In this document: positions 22,201 through 31,981 of the stretch, in pieces
Layout: each line of letters begins with the position of its first letter
Numbering within the stretch: position 1 is the stretch's first letter
DNA from: Candidatus Thalassarchaeaceae archaeon
GTDB taxonomy: Archaea; Thermoplasmatota; Poseidoniia; Poseidoniales; Thalassarchaeaceae
NCBI GenBank assembly: GCA_030748775.1
Contig: JASMLH010000001.1
Span: 106,658 to 170,657 of the forward strand
Direction of reading: 5' to 3'
Length of the DNA: 64,000 bases
Made by a program: the position numbers and the translations under genes
The notes under the pieces: generated by a model
Database searches by the model: none
Told to the model about the DNA's origin: nothing
Seen by the model: the letters and a program-made list of their open reading frames with translations, nothing else

Positions 22201-23336
22201 CAGAGGGCTCCAGAAACACAGTTTTCCTCTAGTTCTAGTTCAGAGAAACCAAATGCCCCCTGTGAGCTATCTAGGGTCATAGCAGCACTGAAGTTTGCGA
22301 ATATCTCACTCATGGTATTGCCGATAGGAGTGGACCCGGAACCAGGGTTCCTAGCCAGGTTCTCTATCCCTGAACCTCCAATGGAAGAGTCAGAAACAAG
22401 GCTCCTGATTGAAGGGGCTCCCCCTAGCTTGTCTGCCAAGTACATCAGGAAGAGGAAGCCAGATCCCCTATCCGAAGATCTTTCATTCCACCACCTGAGG
22501 CCTGTGCTTGTGTTCTCTGCCCATGAATTTGCATTCGATTCAAGATCAGAATTGGAACCGAAGCAAACGAACTCTGCCATCTCAGCAGCGCCTTCCACAA
22601 TCCACAGGTACTCGTAAGGATCCCATGCATTGTGAATCAGTAGTCCAAACTCGTGGGCAAGAATTGGGTTCCTACTCACAAGGTCGTCCACATCGACAAA
22701 TAGGGCCTCTCTAGTCGAAGAAATACTGGGTTGGAAGTACCCGCCCGTCCCTCCAATACCATCAATTGAGTGGATCACAATCTCGATTTGGCAATTATTG
22801 TCAACATCAGGTGCGTCACCGAAGTGATTGGTATTTGTCGGGTAGATTATCGACTCCCAAGTCGACGTGATGTCGTTAAGGGTGGTAGACGAAACAACCT
22901 GCCCATCCTCAACGAATACCGCGGCATTTGCAGACACCCTCTCGACCGTTGCCGCAATTGTTCCATCTGTGGTAGTTATGTTATCCGAATCTCCAACGGA
23001 CCAAGCGCTCTCACAGCTTCTTTGATGGCCACGGGAATGCTTGTTTCCCTTATCGAATGGAAGAACTAGACCAGGGTAACCTTCCTCGGCCCATTCAATC
23101 TTCAAGTAGGAAGAAGCTGAAAATAGCACAACTTCTCCTTCGTTTAGCAGGTAGGCCCTACCATCTTCTTCCGATTGGTAGGGGGGAATTTCTCCAGGCA
23201 AATCCTGGTCATTTTCCTCATTGCCCCCCTCTTCGGAAGTTACCAAAGGTGCGACAGTCGCAATAATCATTGTCATCGACATGATCAATACTCGGTGAGT
23301 TTGACTATTTCCGGCAGCCCCATTCATGACAAACAC
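19200..23336 (-). CDS. giant (1378 aa) PKD-domain cell-surface protein with C-terminal TM anchor and acidic cytoplasmic tail
   Basis: Multiple W(D/Q)FGDGS PKD signatures. Signal peptide. TM LMALVLLVAILGWMVM near C-terminus. Confidence 0.6.
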   Translation of the reverse strand: MFVMNGAAGNSQTHRVLIMSMTMIIATVAPLVTSEEGGNEENDQDLPGEIPPYQSEEDGRAYLLNEGEVVLFSASSYLKIEWAEEGYPGLVLPFDKGNKHSRGHQRSCESAWSVGDSDNITTTDGTIAATVERVSANAAVFVEDGQVVSSTTLNDITSTWESIIYPTNTNHFGDAPDVDNNCQIEIVIHSIDGIGGTGGYFQPSISSTREALFVDVDDLVSRNPILAHEFGLLIHNAWDPYEYLWIVEGAAEMAEFVCFGSNSDLESNANSWAENTSTGLRWWNERSSDRGSGFLFLMYLADKLGGAPSIRSLVSDSSIGGSGIENLARNPGSGSTPIGNTMSEIFANFSAAMTLDSSQGAFGFSELELEENCVSGALCRAPQRESNSDWTEVWQSQGYSLEGWGFSSFKFTQGNGDPLNLMIQPDRFGFEGAMLVREASSGTWTMSELRMDGSTGIGTGLIHGFGNSTSEVWLLVWFNSVVDDCDIDFANCGVLPGGSYPTGSFTVNADLLSEPAEVSIDAINEFDRDEDGLDDSLELSISVSSSAYFETLEIGIEAFSNNTVVDTEGFSLSASNGEPSTRSIWFTPQFSGEVSFVVRISDITGEEQDLALSLPKYVFNMRPFGSGSISTNITETWLPTYIFGGGFDPWGFGLSNGSFNQNGTPSSYIWDLGDGNTSSLKNPIYSYVEQGEYAISLTVVDSGGYFSETQTWNISVSDSSNPIPDISIGGISIDDGLTIDTNQRIQFSSFGTSDNVPIEHLSFQWDFGDGSIDSGVGLYEVGHSWTDGSANGTVYSMILRASDGTQFAEKSILVRVMNRVPRDILEDSLQTHSLIPLSMPDVFTDDDGIIVEYRWSFDEGVNLGGGSLSLASDFSETKSFVANPIVGWREPGLKNVTLEVTDDDGNSTVAFLQVEVLNQRPVAIFDRPIDGDVGTAYIFNSSSFDPDGDSSSLVHVWTISDMDSTIENTSSVSRTFSEPGLYSVSLVVMDEKGLSSAPKIYLFRIDNPLPIPVLTFSCPSLGGSMINEIPNGDDPIVWQIPHTSSGGAFVAPDNMIRFDGSGSYDGDPGFQGKSSIEMNSPEWNGIVSWIWDFGDASPPASGPVVWHNYERSGEYVVRLTVIDGYAEGESNTTEMVVIVSQAPRIMTNNPINSEYVIEGDSVELQENASDLDDGVIESAWLDEDALFDSDGDGDTANDKDRLLTGKLEFNWDLDVFYDSDCMTIEGCDGDTRDDWIGGNHTWGSPGEVRIALTVCDGVGVCSSKDYVVTVLSIQDTAPPKTLSDLTISDLIPGKESAGLMALVLLVAILGWMVMRERDDDELDAREMVENYGIDEVQAEGGMPGMDQHSPPPQPTYLTADERTNRESGYVRPIRTRRR

Positions 23337-23384
23337 TCCGTTAGAGACTCATTGCAATCCGTCCGAATACGTATTTTAACATCG

Positions 23385-24353
23385 ATGGAGCATCGTTCGT
23401 ACATGGGAAGTCGACTTGGCACTGTGTTCTGTGCGGCGATACTGCTTATTTCGGTCTCGGCTGCACCAATGAATGCTTCCGAATCAGACGATTCCGCAGA
23501 AGAAAGAATGATTTCTGTAATAGAAACTGTCTCCCATGATAATGATGCCTTTACTCAAGGTTTGGAGATATTCAATGGCATTCTGTTCGAAAGCACCGGT
23601 CTGTACGGGCATTCCGGATTAAGGAAGGTCGATACAAACGATGGAAGTGTAATCAGCCAGGTTTCCATCGATGAGACGTACTTCGGTGAGGGAATTACAA
23701 TTTTCAACGATTCAGTAATTATGCTGACCTGGAAAAATGGCACTGCATTGGTCTTCGATTCTGAGGATCTTTCAGTAGAAGGAGAATTTAGTTACCAAGG
23801 TGAGGGTTGGGGAATATGTTTCAATGGAGATTTCCTAGTAATGTCCAATGGGACCTCCTGGCTGACTTTTCGTGATCCCGCATCCTTTGAGGTCTCACAT
23901 ATGGTCCCAGTCACTTGGGATGGAAACCCAGTTACGAGGTTAAATGAACTTGAGTGCGTAGGGGACCTTATATTGGCCAATGTATGGCTCCAAGATGAAA
24001 TTGTGGCCATCAACTCTACAACAGGAAAGGTCGAATTCTCTGCATCTGCAGGGTTTCTCTCGCAGAATCAGGGAACTACAGCAAACGAGGTACTAAACGG
24101 AATTGCATACGACAGTTCACGGCAAGGTTTCTGGATAACTGGCAAGAACTGGACGGAGATGTATTTGGTCACTTTCGATTCACAAACTGGCGATTTGTCT
24201 TTCGAATCTGGCAACAAGTCCAAGTCCATGGAAACAAGCTCTGAGTTGCTGGTAATCGTGCTTGTCCTGATTTTCTTCGTTACCATGGTAATGCAACGAA
24301 AAATGCCCAACTTCAAGGACCCCCCTATGGGTGATGATGATGGTGACGGATGA
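23385..24353 (+). CDS. glutaminyl-peptide cyclotransferase (plant/bacterial beta-propeller type), C-terminally membrane-anchored
   Basis: FTQGLEI…GLYG, ECVGDLILANVW, ITGKNW segments typical of propeller-type QC. Signal peptide. C-terminal TM LLVIVLVLIFFVTMV. Start moved from track 23175 to first ATG (23385) outside the upstream gene. Confidence 0.6.
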   Translation: MEHRSYMGSRLGTVFCAAILLISVSAAPMNASESDDSAEERMISVIETVSHDNDAFTQGLEIFNGILFESTGLYGHSGLRKVDTNDGSVISQVSIDETYFGEGITIFNDSVIMLTWKNGTALVFDSEDLSVEGEFSYQGEGWGICFNGDFLVMSNGTSWLTFRDPASFEVSHMVPVTWDGNPVTRLNELECVGDLILANVWLQDEIVAINSTTGKVEFSASAGFLSQNQGTTANEVLNGIAYDSSRQGFWITGKNWTEMYLVTFDSQTGDLSFESGNKSKSMETSSELLVIVLVLIFFVTMVMQRKMPNFKDPPMGDDDGDG

Positions 24354-25092
24354 GGGGGACTCAACGGGAATCGACCTCGAATACTTCTTCGAGGACCTTT
24401 CAGGAGAGAAATCAACTAGGATTGCAGGAGCCATTTTGATTATCATTGGCAGCATCTTGGGGGTCCAGCTAGGAATAATGCTAATCTCTGCAGACCCCGG
24501 AGAAGTCCTTTCTGGCAATCTTGACTCCACGGCAAAGTACGCCGATGTTTCTGGCATCGTAAGCACTGCATTGGTTGACAACAACACCGGTGGAGACCCC
24601 GTGGAAGGGGTCAAGGTCAGACTCCTCGGCTCGGATGGAACCACTACGGGAAGGGAGACTTTCACAGATGCCAATGGCCGATTCACAATTCCAGAAGTCC
24701 TCAGAGAACCTTCTATTCTATCGGTCACCCATCCAGGTAACAATACCACTAAGATTTACTTAGTTCCCGGAGATAACGCCCAGATTGCCGTGACCCTAAC
24801 TCCAGGAAACGGCGAGCAAACTATCGATCTCATGGGAGAGAGCCATTTGGGAGAATCAGTATCCCTAGCCACTGCAATAGCCACTATGACAATTCTTCTT
24901 GGCCTTGCAGGCTGCTATGGGGGGGTGGAGGCCTACAGAGGCAACAGCTACAGGAGATCCTGGTGGCTTGCCTTCCTCGGACTTTGGAGCCGAGGTATGA
25001 TTTTCATCGGACCTCTATTGATATTAACGGGGATGGGTCTGGTGACCCTAACTAGGGAGCAGTTTTCTGGAGGCAAGAACTCTAATTCTTGA
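24331..25092 (+). CDS. membrane protein with extracytoplasmic carboxypeptidase-regulatory-like (CarboxypepD_reg) domain
   Basis: VEGVKVRLLGSDGTT…TFTDANGRFTIPEV beta-sandwich signature between TM helices. Confidence 0.4.
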   Translation: MMMMVTDEGDSTGIDLEYFFEDLSGEKSTRIAGAILIIIGSILGVQLGIMLISADPGEVLSGNLDSTAKYADVSGIVSTALVDNNTGGDPVEGVKVRLLGSDGTTTGRETFTDANGRFTIPEVLREPSILSVTHPGNNTTKIYLVPGDNAQIAVTLTPGNGEQTIDLMGESHLGESVSLATAIATMTILLGLAGCYGGVEAYRGNSYRRSWWLAFLGLWSRGMIFIGPLLILTGMGLVTLTREQFSGGKNSNS

Positions 25093-25098
25093 TTTAAC

Positions 25099-26439
25099 AT
25101 GTATCTGTTCTCTGTAGAGGGTGGAGACGGAAGTGGCAAGGGGCTAGCCACGAAGATAGTCTCCGATGTTCTAGAAAGGGAGTTTTCGTTTACTTCCGTT
25201 GAAAAAACAGGCGAACCACGTAGGGATCATGCATTGGGCCGCTTAGCAATAGACTCAGTCAGAAAGAAGACGATGACTCCAGAACAAGAAGCCGGACTTT
25301 TTGCTGCAGATAGGTTAGACCACTCCCACGGTTGGATCCTCCCTCGTTTATTGGAGGGAAAGGCAGTAGTTAGCGAGAGGAACATCCACTCTTCATTAGT
25401 TTACCAAGGAATAGTGGGCGATATTGGAGTCGATAGAGTAGCCCATATGAATTCAGCTGCCCTGATTCCCGATTTGTGTATATGGATAGATTGCGACCCT
25501 GGTGTTGCAATGAAAAGAATCAGTAGTGAGACATTGAGGGGCGTTTCGAACAAGTCTGAGTATTTTGAGACAACTGACTTGCAGAAAAGAATTAGAGAGG
25601 GTTATGCAAACCTCCTTTCTGGAAATTTGGAGATGCCCACGCCTTTCGATATGGGTGCCATATTGGGCCCAATTTCCAATGAAGGCTCGCAGAATCAACT
25701 CAAACGCATCATTACTGAAGGAATCCGGTCATTCCTCCACAGCAAGCCCACTCCAATAAATGTGGATCAGGAACGCGTCGATCAATTCCAGATTCGTTCC
25801 ATGGTCCGATTGTCTCGCGGCCAGAGCAAACTCTCCGGCCTTGGAATTGAACCGGCAAAAAGCAAGACTGACTGGCTAGATGGGAACTCGCCGTGGAAGG
25901 TACTCAAGATTGCCCAGCTCTCTCATGAGAAGGTCATTTCTTCGGCTTCGGAAGAAGAACGGCTGCTCATGCCTAAGAATATCCTCAACCATTCGATGTC
26001 ATCAATTTGTGGCACTTTGTCTCTTGTTCACACAGCAGACATCTCAGAATTAAGGTCAGCAATGGGCCCCGTAAGGTGCGTCTCAGAAAGGCATACACAG
26101 AGGACTGTCAAATTCCTCAAAGACCACTCCGGATGGATTTCACAACATAAATCACTAATCGGAAGAGATGCACCGCGTTCACAATTGAAGGAGGAGAATT
26201 TTTCTTTCGGGAGGATCGTTCTAGCAATCTGGCCATTCAGAAGGGAGATAACGAAATGGCAGGCCGCCAATCCAGGGACACATCTGAGATTTTGCATGGG
26301 GCAGTTAGTCAAGTCTGGAAGATTTGAATCAGCAATTCACGATTCGATTGCACGACTTTCCATTCTTGGGAGCGGCAGAAGGGGGATAGATCCCCCTCAA
26401 AACCCCGATTCCCTGGTGGATTGGTGGAGCGGGAAGTAG
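25099..26439 (+). CDS. tmk: thymidylate kinase fused to about 240-aa uncharacterised C-terminal domain
   Basis: P-loop VEGGDGSGKG, DRL motif, SSLVYQG. C-terminal half has no recognisable motif. Confidence 0.65.
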   Translation: MYLFSVEGGDGSGKGLATKIVSDVLEREFSFTSVEKTGEPRRDHALGRLAIDSVRKKTMTPEQEAGLFAADRLDHSHGWILPRLLEGKAVVSERNIHSSLVYQGIVGDIGVDRVAHMNSAALIPDLCIWIDCDPGVAMKRISSETLRGVSNKSEYFETTDLQKRIREGYANLLSGNLEMPTPFDMGAILGPISNEGSQNQLKRIITEGIRSFLHSKPTPINVDQERVDQFQIRSMVRLSRGQSKLSGLGIEPAKSKTDWLDGNSPWKVLKIAQLSHEKVISSASEEERLLMPKNILNHSMSSICGTLSLVHTADISELRSAMGPVRCVSERHTQRTVKFLKDHSGWISQHKSLIGRDAPRSQLKEENFSFGRIVLAIWPFRREITKWQAANPGTHLRFCMGQLVKSGRFESAIHDSIARLSILGSGRRGIDPPQNPDSLVDWWSGK

Positions 26440-26445
26440 CATTCC

Positions 26446-27201
26446 TTAATTTGTTACCAGCCTAGATTCGGCTGGAAGTAATACCTCGCTCGGGTCTTTG
26501 AATTTGTTCGGCCTTGCAGAGAACGCCGAGCAGAAAAACCATCCACCAACTATGCCTGCTGCCGCTCCAGTTAGAAGCCTAAGCGGGTTGTTCGATTCAT
26601 ATGAAGTAAGGAGTTGGCTGAATCCATCTAAGCCCATTGGAACCAGTCCCAAACCAATAATTCCAATGACTGCAATAAGACGCCTGTCATTGAGATACAG
26701 TGCTTTCGTATATTCGTCTGGAAGAACGGATAGGAAGGTGTCCCTAACCGTCCATCGATTGAAACCCCTAAAGTAGAAAAACAGGCATCCTATTGTAAAT
26801 CCGAGGAAAATTCCTACATCCCTTGCGCATACTGGAAGCTGATTCTCATTTATCTCCCAAGATCTGTGGTGTTTCTGGTGACAGTTGATATCTCCAAAAC
26901 CGTATGCAAAGGCAAAAGCCGGATTCAGCTCCATCCAAGAAAATGAGCCTCCATGCTGCGATTGATCGTGCCCGACTACAGAGTCCTCTCCATGCTCGCC
27001 GTTCCCCCAACTATCATGATAGGCATAGTCTATCGCGTTCGCCCTACCAGAAAGCTCAGGTACAGAGCCTGTTGGGAGAAAAGCCGGAGCCAAGAAGCAC
27101 AACACCAGGTAGGTCGCAGCTATTCCTCCAAGAATCTTGGAAACCTTGGTCTCTCTGAACCGATCAGTCAGACCATTCTTCTGGATTATTGATTTGCCCA
27201 T
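26446..27201 (-). CDS. DUF2085-like membrane protein
   Basis: CHQKHHRSW…PVCARDVGIFLG motif pair typical of DUF2085. Confidence 0.4.
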   Translation of the reverse strand: MGKSIIQKNGLTDRFRETKVSKILGGIAATYLVLCFLAPAFLPTGSVPELSGRANAIDYAYHDSWGNGEHGEDSVVGHDQSQHGGSFSWMELNPAFAFAYGFGDINCHQKHHRSWEINENQLPVCARDVGIFLGFTIGCLFFYFRGFNRWTVRDTFLSVLPDEYTKALYLNDRRLIAVIGIIGLGLVPMGLDGFSQLLTSYESNNPLRLLTGAAAGIVGGWFFCSAFSARPNKFKDPSEVLLPAESRLVTN

Positions 27202-27416
27202 CGGTATCCCAATCTACCGCAGTTATCCTCCTCTCTTAATTGTTGAATAGTCTGGAACTCCTTCGCAACAGGCTTCTACTACTGTCCGACATATGGGGCA
27301 TTCCATGTGCTGACGAACTGGCACTGCTCTACCACGAAATCCGCATAGGCAGGAAATATCACTGCAATGGTCCACATCCATGCGTCTGCAGAGAGTAGAT
27401 GGCCCAAATCAATTTC

Positions 27417-28526
27417 CTATGTTTGCCGGTACAGGCCCTCAAGCTCTTCGGTTAGAATTTCTACCAACCAATTATGCAATGACTCACTCCCCATTTCGGA
27501 AAGAGTTGAGTTAAGGAAAGCCGCTATTAGTGCCCTTTTGGCATCAGAACTATCGTATCCTCTTGATTCAAGGTAGAATAACTGATTTTCATCAATCGGC
27601 CCATTTGCAGTCCCATGCCCACATCCAACAACCTGATTCTCCATTACTTCAAGCTCTGGAATAGAGTCAGCCTCGGCATTTGGCGAAAGCAATAGGTTGT
27701 GGAAAATCTGGGCAGCGTCGGCCCCCCGTGATCCTTCGGCAACCCTGAGCATCCCCGTCCCAATCGTTCTGCTATCTCCCCCGCATGCAGAATGCCACGA
27801 TAATCTGCTAAATGTTTCCGGGGCCTCGTGATGTATCTCTATGTGGTGATCTAGGTGCATTTTTTCAGCCGACATCACAGACCCCAGAACCCTGAGGTTA
27901 CCACCCTTCTCTCCCATCCGGAAGCGCAAGTCAGCCTTGGTTTTCTCCGAACCAGACGAAATCGTCCCCGCCCTTAGATGAGCGTCCCTTCCAACGCTAA
28001 TCGAGTCTGAACGTAGCACTGTCCCTCTTTTGGCCTGGTTAATCACGATGTCACTCATGATTGAACCGTTCCCAATAACTCCAGAACGCATAAAACCGAA
28101 CCATTCGCTTCTCCCTACAATCCTGGTTACAAGCTCAATGTTGGCCCTTCCTCCAACTTCTATTCCCAGATGGAGTACCGACGGATTTTCCCCAACATCA
28201 ATCTCTAGAATCACAGGATTTTCTGATGAGAAGCCAGAATCTACTTCCAACGTGTACTCCGATTCAGACGAGGCAGCAATCAGAAAATTTCTGGTCAATA
28301 CATCATTTTGGGGGAGTCCCGAAGGAAGTGTTGCGCCCTTTACCAGCCTCACTCCTTCTGGCGGACCCTCCGAACCGATGGACATCAGCTTCAATATTGG
28401 TCCCTCGAATCGGGGAATCTCATCTATCTTGCCTGTGGGATGCACTCTTCTCCAAGGGGTGTATCTCCAAAGATTGCTGGATCTATCTGGCTCCCCCAAT
28501 GACAGGTACTCAGATGCAGCGTCCAA
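27417..28526 (-). CDS. sufD: Fe-S cluster assembly protein SufD
   Basis: beta-helix SufB/D family. Position in the sufC-sufB-sufD order. Confidence 0.75.
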   Translation of the reverse strand: MDAASEYLSLGEPDRSSNLWRYTPWRRVHPTGKIDEIPRFEGPILKLMSIGSEGPPEGVRLVKGATLPSGLPQNDVLTRNFLIAASSESEYTLEVDSGFSSENPVILEIDVGENPSVLHLGIEVGGRANIELVTRIVGRSEWFGFMRSGVIGNGSIMSDIVINQAKRGTVLRSDSISVGRDAHLRAGTISSGSEKTKADLRFRMGEKGGNLRVLGSVMSAEKMHLDHHIEIHHEAPETFSRLSWHSACGGDSRTIGTGMLRVAEGSRGADAAQIFHNLLLSPNAEADSIPELEVMENQVVGCGHGTANGPIDENQLFYLESRGYDSSDAKRALIAAFLNSTLSEMGSESLHNWLVEILTEELEGLYRQT

Positions 28527-28534
28527 GCTCCCAC

Positions 28535-29947
28535 CTATCCGATGCTTCCTTCCATTTCCAAGGCCATAAGTTGATTCAACTCCACAGCATATTCCATCGG
28601 TAACTCTCTAGTAAATGGCTCAAAAAATCCATTGACAATCATAGCCAGTGCCTCTTCTTCTGAATGCCCCCTGCTCATTAGGTAAAACAACTGCTCATCA
28701 CTGACTTTGGATACACTTGCCTCATGCTCGCATCTTGCTGTCGGATTGGAAACTTCCATGGTCGGATATGTGTCCGATCTACTGGATTCGTCAAGAATCA
28801 GAGCATCACAAACTACGTTCAACTTGCAATTTTCTGCCTTTGGTGAGACAGTCACAAGCCCCCTATAGGAACCCCTCCCTCCATTCTTGCTGATACTTTT
28901 CGACAGTATCTTGCTAGTGGTGTTTGAAGCTAGATGGTGGATTTTTGCCCCTGCGTCCTGGTGCTGCCCCTCTCCAGAATATGCGACCGAGATGACCTCT
29001 GCATGACTCCCTTCGCCCTTTAGGATGACAGCAGGGTACTTCATCGTCAATTTGCTACCTATGTTGCCATCAACCCATTCAATAGTTGCATTCTCATGGG
29101 CAATGCCTCTCTTGGTAACCAGATTGTAAACATTGGAGCTCCAATTCTGAACGGTGGAGTACCTGATTTGGGCCCCAGGTAAAGCAATCAGCTCAACTAC
29201 TGCCGAATGCAAAGAGTCCGTCGAGTATGTAGGAGCCGTGCACCCCTCAACGTAATGGATGCTGCTTCCTTCATCTGCGATGATTAGAGTTCTTTCGAAC
29301 TGCCCCATGTTCTTCGCGTTAATCCTGAAGTAAGCCTGGACCGGCATTTCAACGCTAATCCCCTTTGGGACATAAATGAACGAACCTCCTGACCAAACCG
29401 CAGTGTTGAGCGCAGAGAATTTGTTGTCTGTCAGTGGCACAACAGAGCAAAACCATTTCTTTACGATTTCAGGATACTCCCTTAATCCGCTGTCCATGTC
29501 GAGGAAAATCACCCCCTGCTCTTCCAAGTCCTCCCTGATGCTATGGTAAACTGCCTCTGATTCGTACTGTGCTGTAACGCCAGAGAGCCACTTCTGCTCG
29601 GCTTCCGGGATGCCCAGCCTATCGAATGTGTTGCGAATGTCCTCTGGAACGTCATCCCAGTTCTTCTCTGTTGCATCTGATGAACGAAGGTAGTAGCAAA
29701 TCCGATCAAAGTCAATCTCCTCCAGCATCGAAGTATTCCCCCACTTAGGCATAGGCCTCTCCTTGAAGTGATGGAATGCCTTTACTCTGATTTCAGTCAT
29801 CCAGTCAGGCTCATTTTTTAGAGACGAAATCTCTCTGACTACTTCCTCGGATAGGCCGAAATCAAACCTTATTGTGGAATTCTCCGGATCGTGCCATCCA
29901 GCCTTGTAGTCTCCCACGGCTTCCCTTGCTTCCCGGTTTTCTGCCAT
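28535..29947 (-). CDS. sufB: Fe-S cluster assembly protein SufB
   Basis: About 470 aa. Conserved SufB C-terminal region (…[15 protein letters not shown]…). Confidence 0.85.
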   Translation of the reverse strand: MAENREAREAVGDYKAGWHDPENSTIRFDFGLSEEVVREISSLKNEPDWMTEIRVKAFHHFKERPMPKWGNTSMLEEIDFDRICYYLRSSDATEKNWDDVPEDIRNTFDRLGIPEAEQKWLSGVTAQYESEAVYHSIREDLEEQGVIFLDMDSGLREYPEIVKKWFCSVVPLTDNKFSALNTAVWSGGSFIYVPKGISVEMPVQAYFRINAKNMGQFERTLIIADEGSSIHYVEGCTAPTYSTDSLHSAVVELIALPGAQIRYSTVQNWSSNVYNLVTKRGIAHENATIEWVDGNIGSKLTMKYPAVILKGEGSHAEVISVAYSGEGQHQDAGAKIHHLASNTTSKILSKSISKNGGRGSYRGLVTVSPKAENCKLNVVCDALILDESSRSDTYPTMEVSNPTARCEHEASVSKVSDEQLFYLMSRGHSEEEALAMIVNGFFEPFTRELPMEYAVELNQLMALEMEGSIG

Positions 29948-29952
29948 TTACC

Positions 29953-30765
29953 TCACTCCTGTTGAAGCCATTCGTACCCTTGCTCTTCAAGTTTTGTTGC
30001 CAGCTCAGCTCCCCCCGATGCAACTATTCTACCATCCATCAGAACATGCACCTTGTCAGGATTGATGTGTTCCAGTATTCTAGAATAGTGAGTGATAACT
30101 AGGGCTCCAGAACCGGAACCTCTGATAGCGGCATTAATGCCCTCCGAAACCGTCCTAATTCCATCGATATCCAAACCACTGTCTGTTTCATCCAGAACGG
30201 CCAGTTTAGGTTTCAATAGCATCAATTGGAGGATCTCGAAACGCTTCTTTTCTCCACCACTGAATCCGTCGTTAACGTATCTGGCTAGGAAGCTTCTGGG
30301 AACATCTAGGGATTCCATTGCGCCGGTAAGAGAATCTCTGAAGATCGAGCCCTTCGCTGCCTCTTCGCCTCTGATGCTGGAGACGGACTTTCGAAGGAAG
30401 TTGCCAACCTGTAGACCTGGAACTGCTTGAGGATACTGGAAGGACAGGAAAACGCCCGCCCTCGCTCTTTCCCAAGCCTCCATTTCCAGAAGGTCTTCGC
30501 CATCCAATATCACCTTCCCTTTCTCTACCTCGAATTCTGGATGACCCATGATGACATTTGCAGTGGTAGTCTTCCCGCTACCATTCCTACCCATAATCGC
30601 GTGAATCTCCCCTGGTCCGATTTCTAGATCGATACCCTTCAGAATTTGATTGCCATCTATCCCCGCATATAGGGATTTAATCTCAAGCAAGGGATTGCTT
30701 TCCGCCATGTTATCAATTGTGGGGGAATTGTCCAACTTTTGAACCTCTCTTCCTTCCCCGTTCAT
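29953..30765 (-). CDS. sufC: Fe-S cluster assembly ATPase SufC
   Basis: Walker A GRNGSGKTT, ABC signature FSGGEKKR, Walker B LAVLDETDSGLD. Confidence 0.85.
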   Translation of the reverse strand: MNGEGREVQKLDNSPTIDNMAESNPLLEIKSLYAGIDGNQILKGIDLEIGPGEIHAIMGRNGSGKTTTANVIMGHPEFEVEKGKVILDGEDLLEMEAWERARAGVFLSFQYPQAVPGLQVGNFLRKSVSSIRGEEAAKGSIFRDSLTGAMESLDVPRSFLARYVNDGFSGGEKKRFEILQLMLLKPKLAVLDETDSGLDIDGIRTVSEGINAAIRGSGSGALVITHYSRILEHINPDKVHVLMDGRIVASGGAELATKLEEQGYEWLQQE

Positions 30766-30794
30766 CCTAAATCACACAAACACCTCGCCAATCC

Positions 30795-31292
30795 ATGAAT
30801 GGTGGGACCGGCTCGGATGGAAATCCTCCCGAAGACCTCGAGAAACTGTACAAGGCTCAGATTCAGGAATTGATGGAGAAGGAGTCAAACAGAATAGTTT
30901 CCGAAAACAACGATCCCTATGAAATTTCCAGATTGCAGTCCCTTTCAGTAGTTGATTTGTTCGAGCAGGGCGACAGTGATCTAGTCCCTGCATTGATGGC
31001 TAGGTTGGGTCCTGTTAGAGCAGCATTGGACGGACATGGTGGGGCATTAGTGGTTACCGATGGTGTTGTAGAGGAATCAAATGATGGGCGAAGGGTAATT
31101 TCTCTAATATTGGACCTTGATGGAGCATGTGTGTCTTGCGGAGCGGCACCGGGAACCTTGAAGGGAATCCAGGACGACCTTCTTGCGGATAATGAGATTT
31201 CGTCCATTCGATTTACATCATCTATGCTGGAATGGTTCGATGAAATTCAGAAGGAGTTTGTTCTTGAGCATGGTGGTGTGACATTCGTCTAA
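30795..31292 (+). CDS. nfu: NifU/Nfu-type Fe-S cluster carrier domain protein
   Basis: C-terminal GACVSCGAAPGTLKGI (CxxC Nfu motif). Divergent from sufCBD. Confidence 0.6.
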   Translation: MNGGTGSDGNPPEDLEKLYKAQIQELMEKESNRIVSENNDPYEISRLQSLSVVDLFEQGDSDLVPALMARLGPVRAALDGHGGALVVTDGVVEESNDGRRVISLILDLDGACVSCGAAPGTLKGIQDDLLADNEISSIRFTSSMLEWFDEIQKEFVLEHGGVTFV

Positions 31293-31981
31293 CCAATCAA
31301 GTCAACCAATCTATGGATTGCTCTGGGGGAAAATCCGAGAACGGCTTCATCCCCCCCTTCAACCAAGGTTAGGAAGTCACTTGCCTCTCCGGCTATATCA
31401 TAACCCCCTGCCTTGCCCATCCAGGATCCACTGTTGACGAGTGCCGCTACTCCTTCCTCTCCTATGTCATCGAATTCCACTATGGAGAAATCAGTCCAGA
31501 TTTCTATTTCTCGGGCGTCGATTTTCCTTTTCGAATCTGCATCTTCGCTCTTCGGAACGAAATCGGGAGGATATGCTATTGCAGTGGATGACCAAACTCT
31601 GTGCCTCCTACCAGAAAGACGAATTAGCATAGCAGCAGCCTCTAGATGGCCAGTAGGCTTCCCCAAGGGATGCCTCGATTCATCGGGATCCTCCACCAAG
31701 GTGTCCGCCACAACCATTAATCCTCCTCTGGGAATCATTTCCCCCCATTCCAATAATGCATGTTCTACCTTGTGAAGACAAGCCGCTTCTACCTGGTTGC
31801 TTACTTCCGAGCCGTATTTTGGCTTGGGCTCCGGCTCCATGATGGAGCAGAACTCTAGGCTTACACCCATTCCCTCGATTCTAGAAGAAAGCCATTCTCT
31901 TCGCCTAGTCGACTCTGAGGCGAGAATTATAGAATCCATTCGACTCCTCAGAGGTCTACTCTTTCTCCGCAAACCGGGCAT
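31289..31981 (-). CDS. maf: Maf-like nucleoside triphosphate pyrophosphatase
   Basis: ILASESTRRREWL (Maf N-terminal motif). Probable true start at M16 (31936), which removes the overlap with the upstream subtilase. Confidence 0.6.
   Translation of the reverse strand: MPGLRRKSRPLRSRMDSIILASESTRRREWLSSRIEGMGVSLEFCSIMEPEPKPKYGSEVSNQVEAACLHKVEHALLEWGEMIPRGGLMVVADTLVEDPDESRHPLGKPTGHLEAAAMLIRLSGRRHRVWSSTAIAYPPDFVPKSEDADSKRKIDAREIEIWTDFSIVEFDDIGEEGVAALVNSGSWMGKAGGYDIAGEASDFLTLVEGGDEAVLGFSPRAIHRLVDLIG

Noticed and set aside
19200-23336. Possible zinc-metalloprotease HExxH motif in the PKD giant protein (ILAHEFGLLIHN)
   Set aside because: Spacing is HEFGL-L-IH, so the second His is not at +4. It is not a canonical HExxH.
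23175-23384. ORF-track start of the glutaminyl cyclase at 23175, giving a 160-nt antisense overlap with the PKD giant gene
   Set aside because: The first 70 codons overlap the 5' end and promoter of 19200..23336 on the other strand. A clean signal peptide begins at the ATG at 23385.
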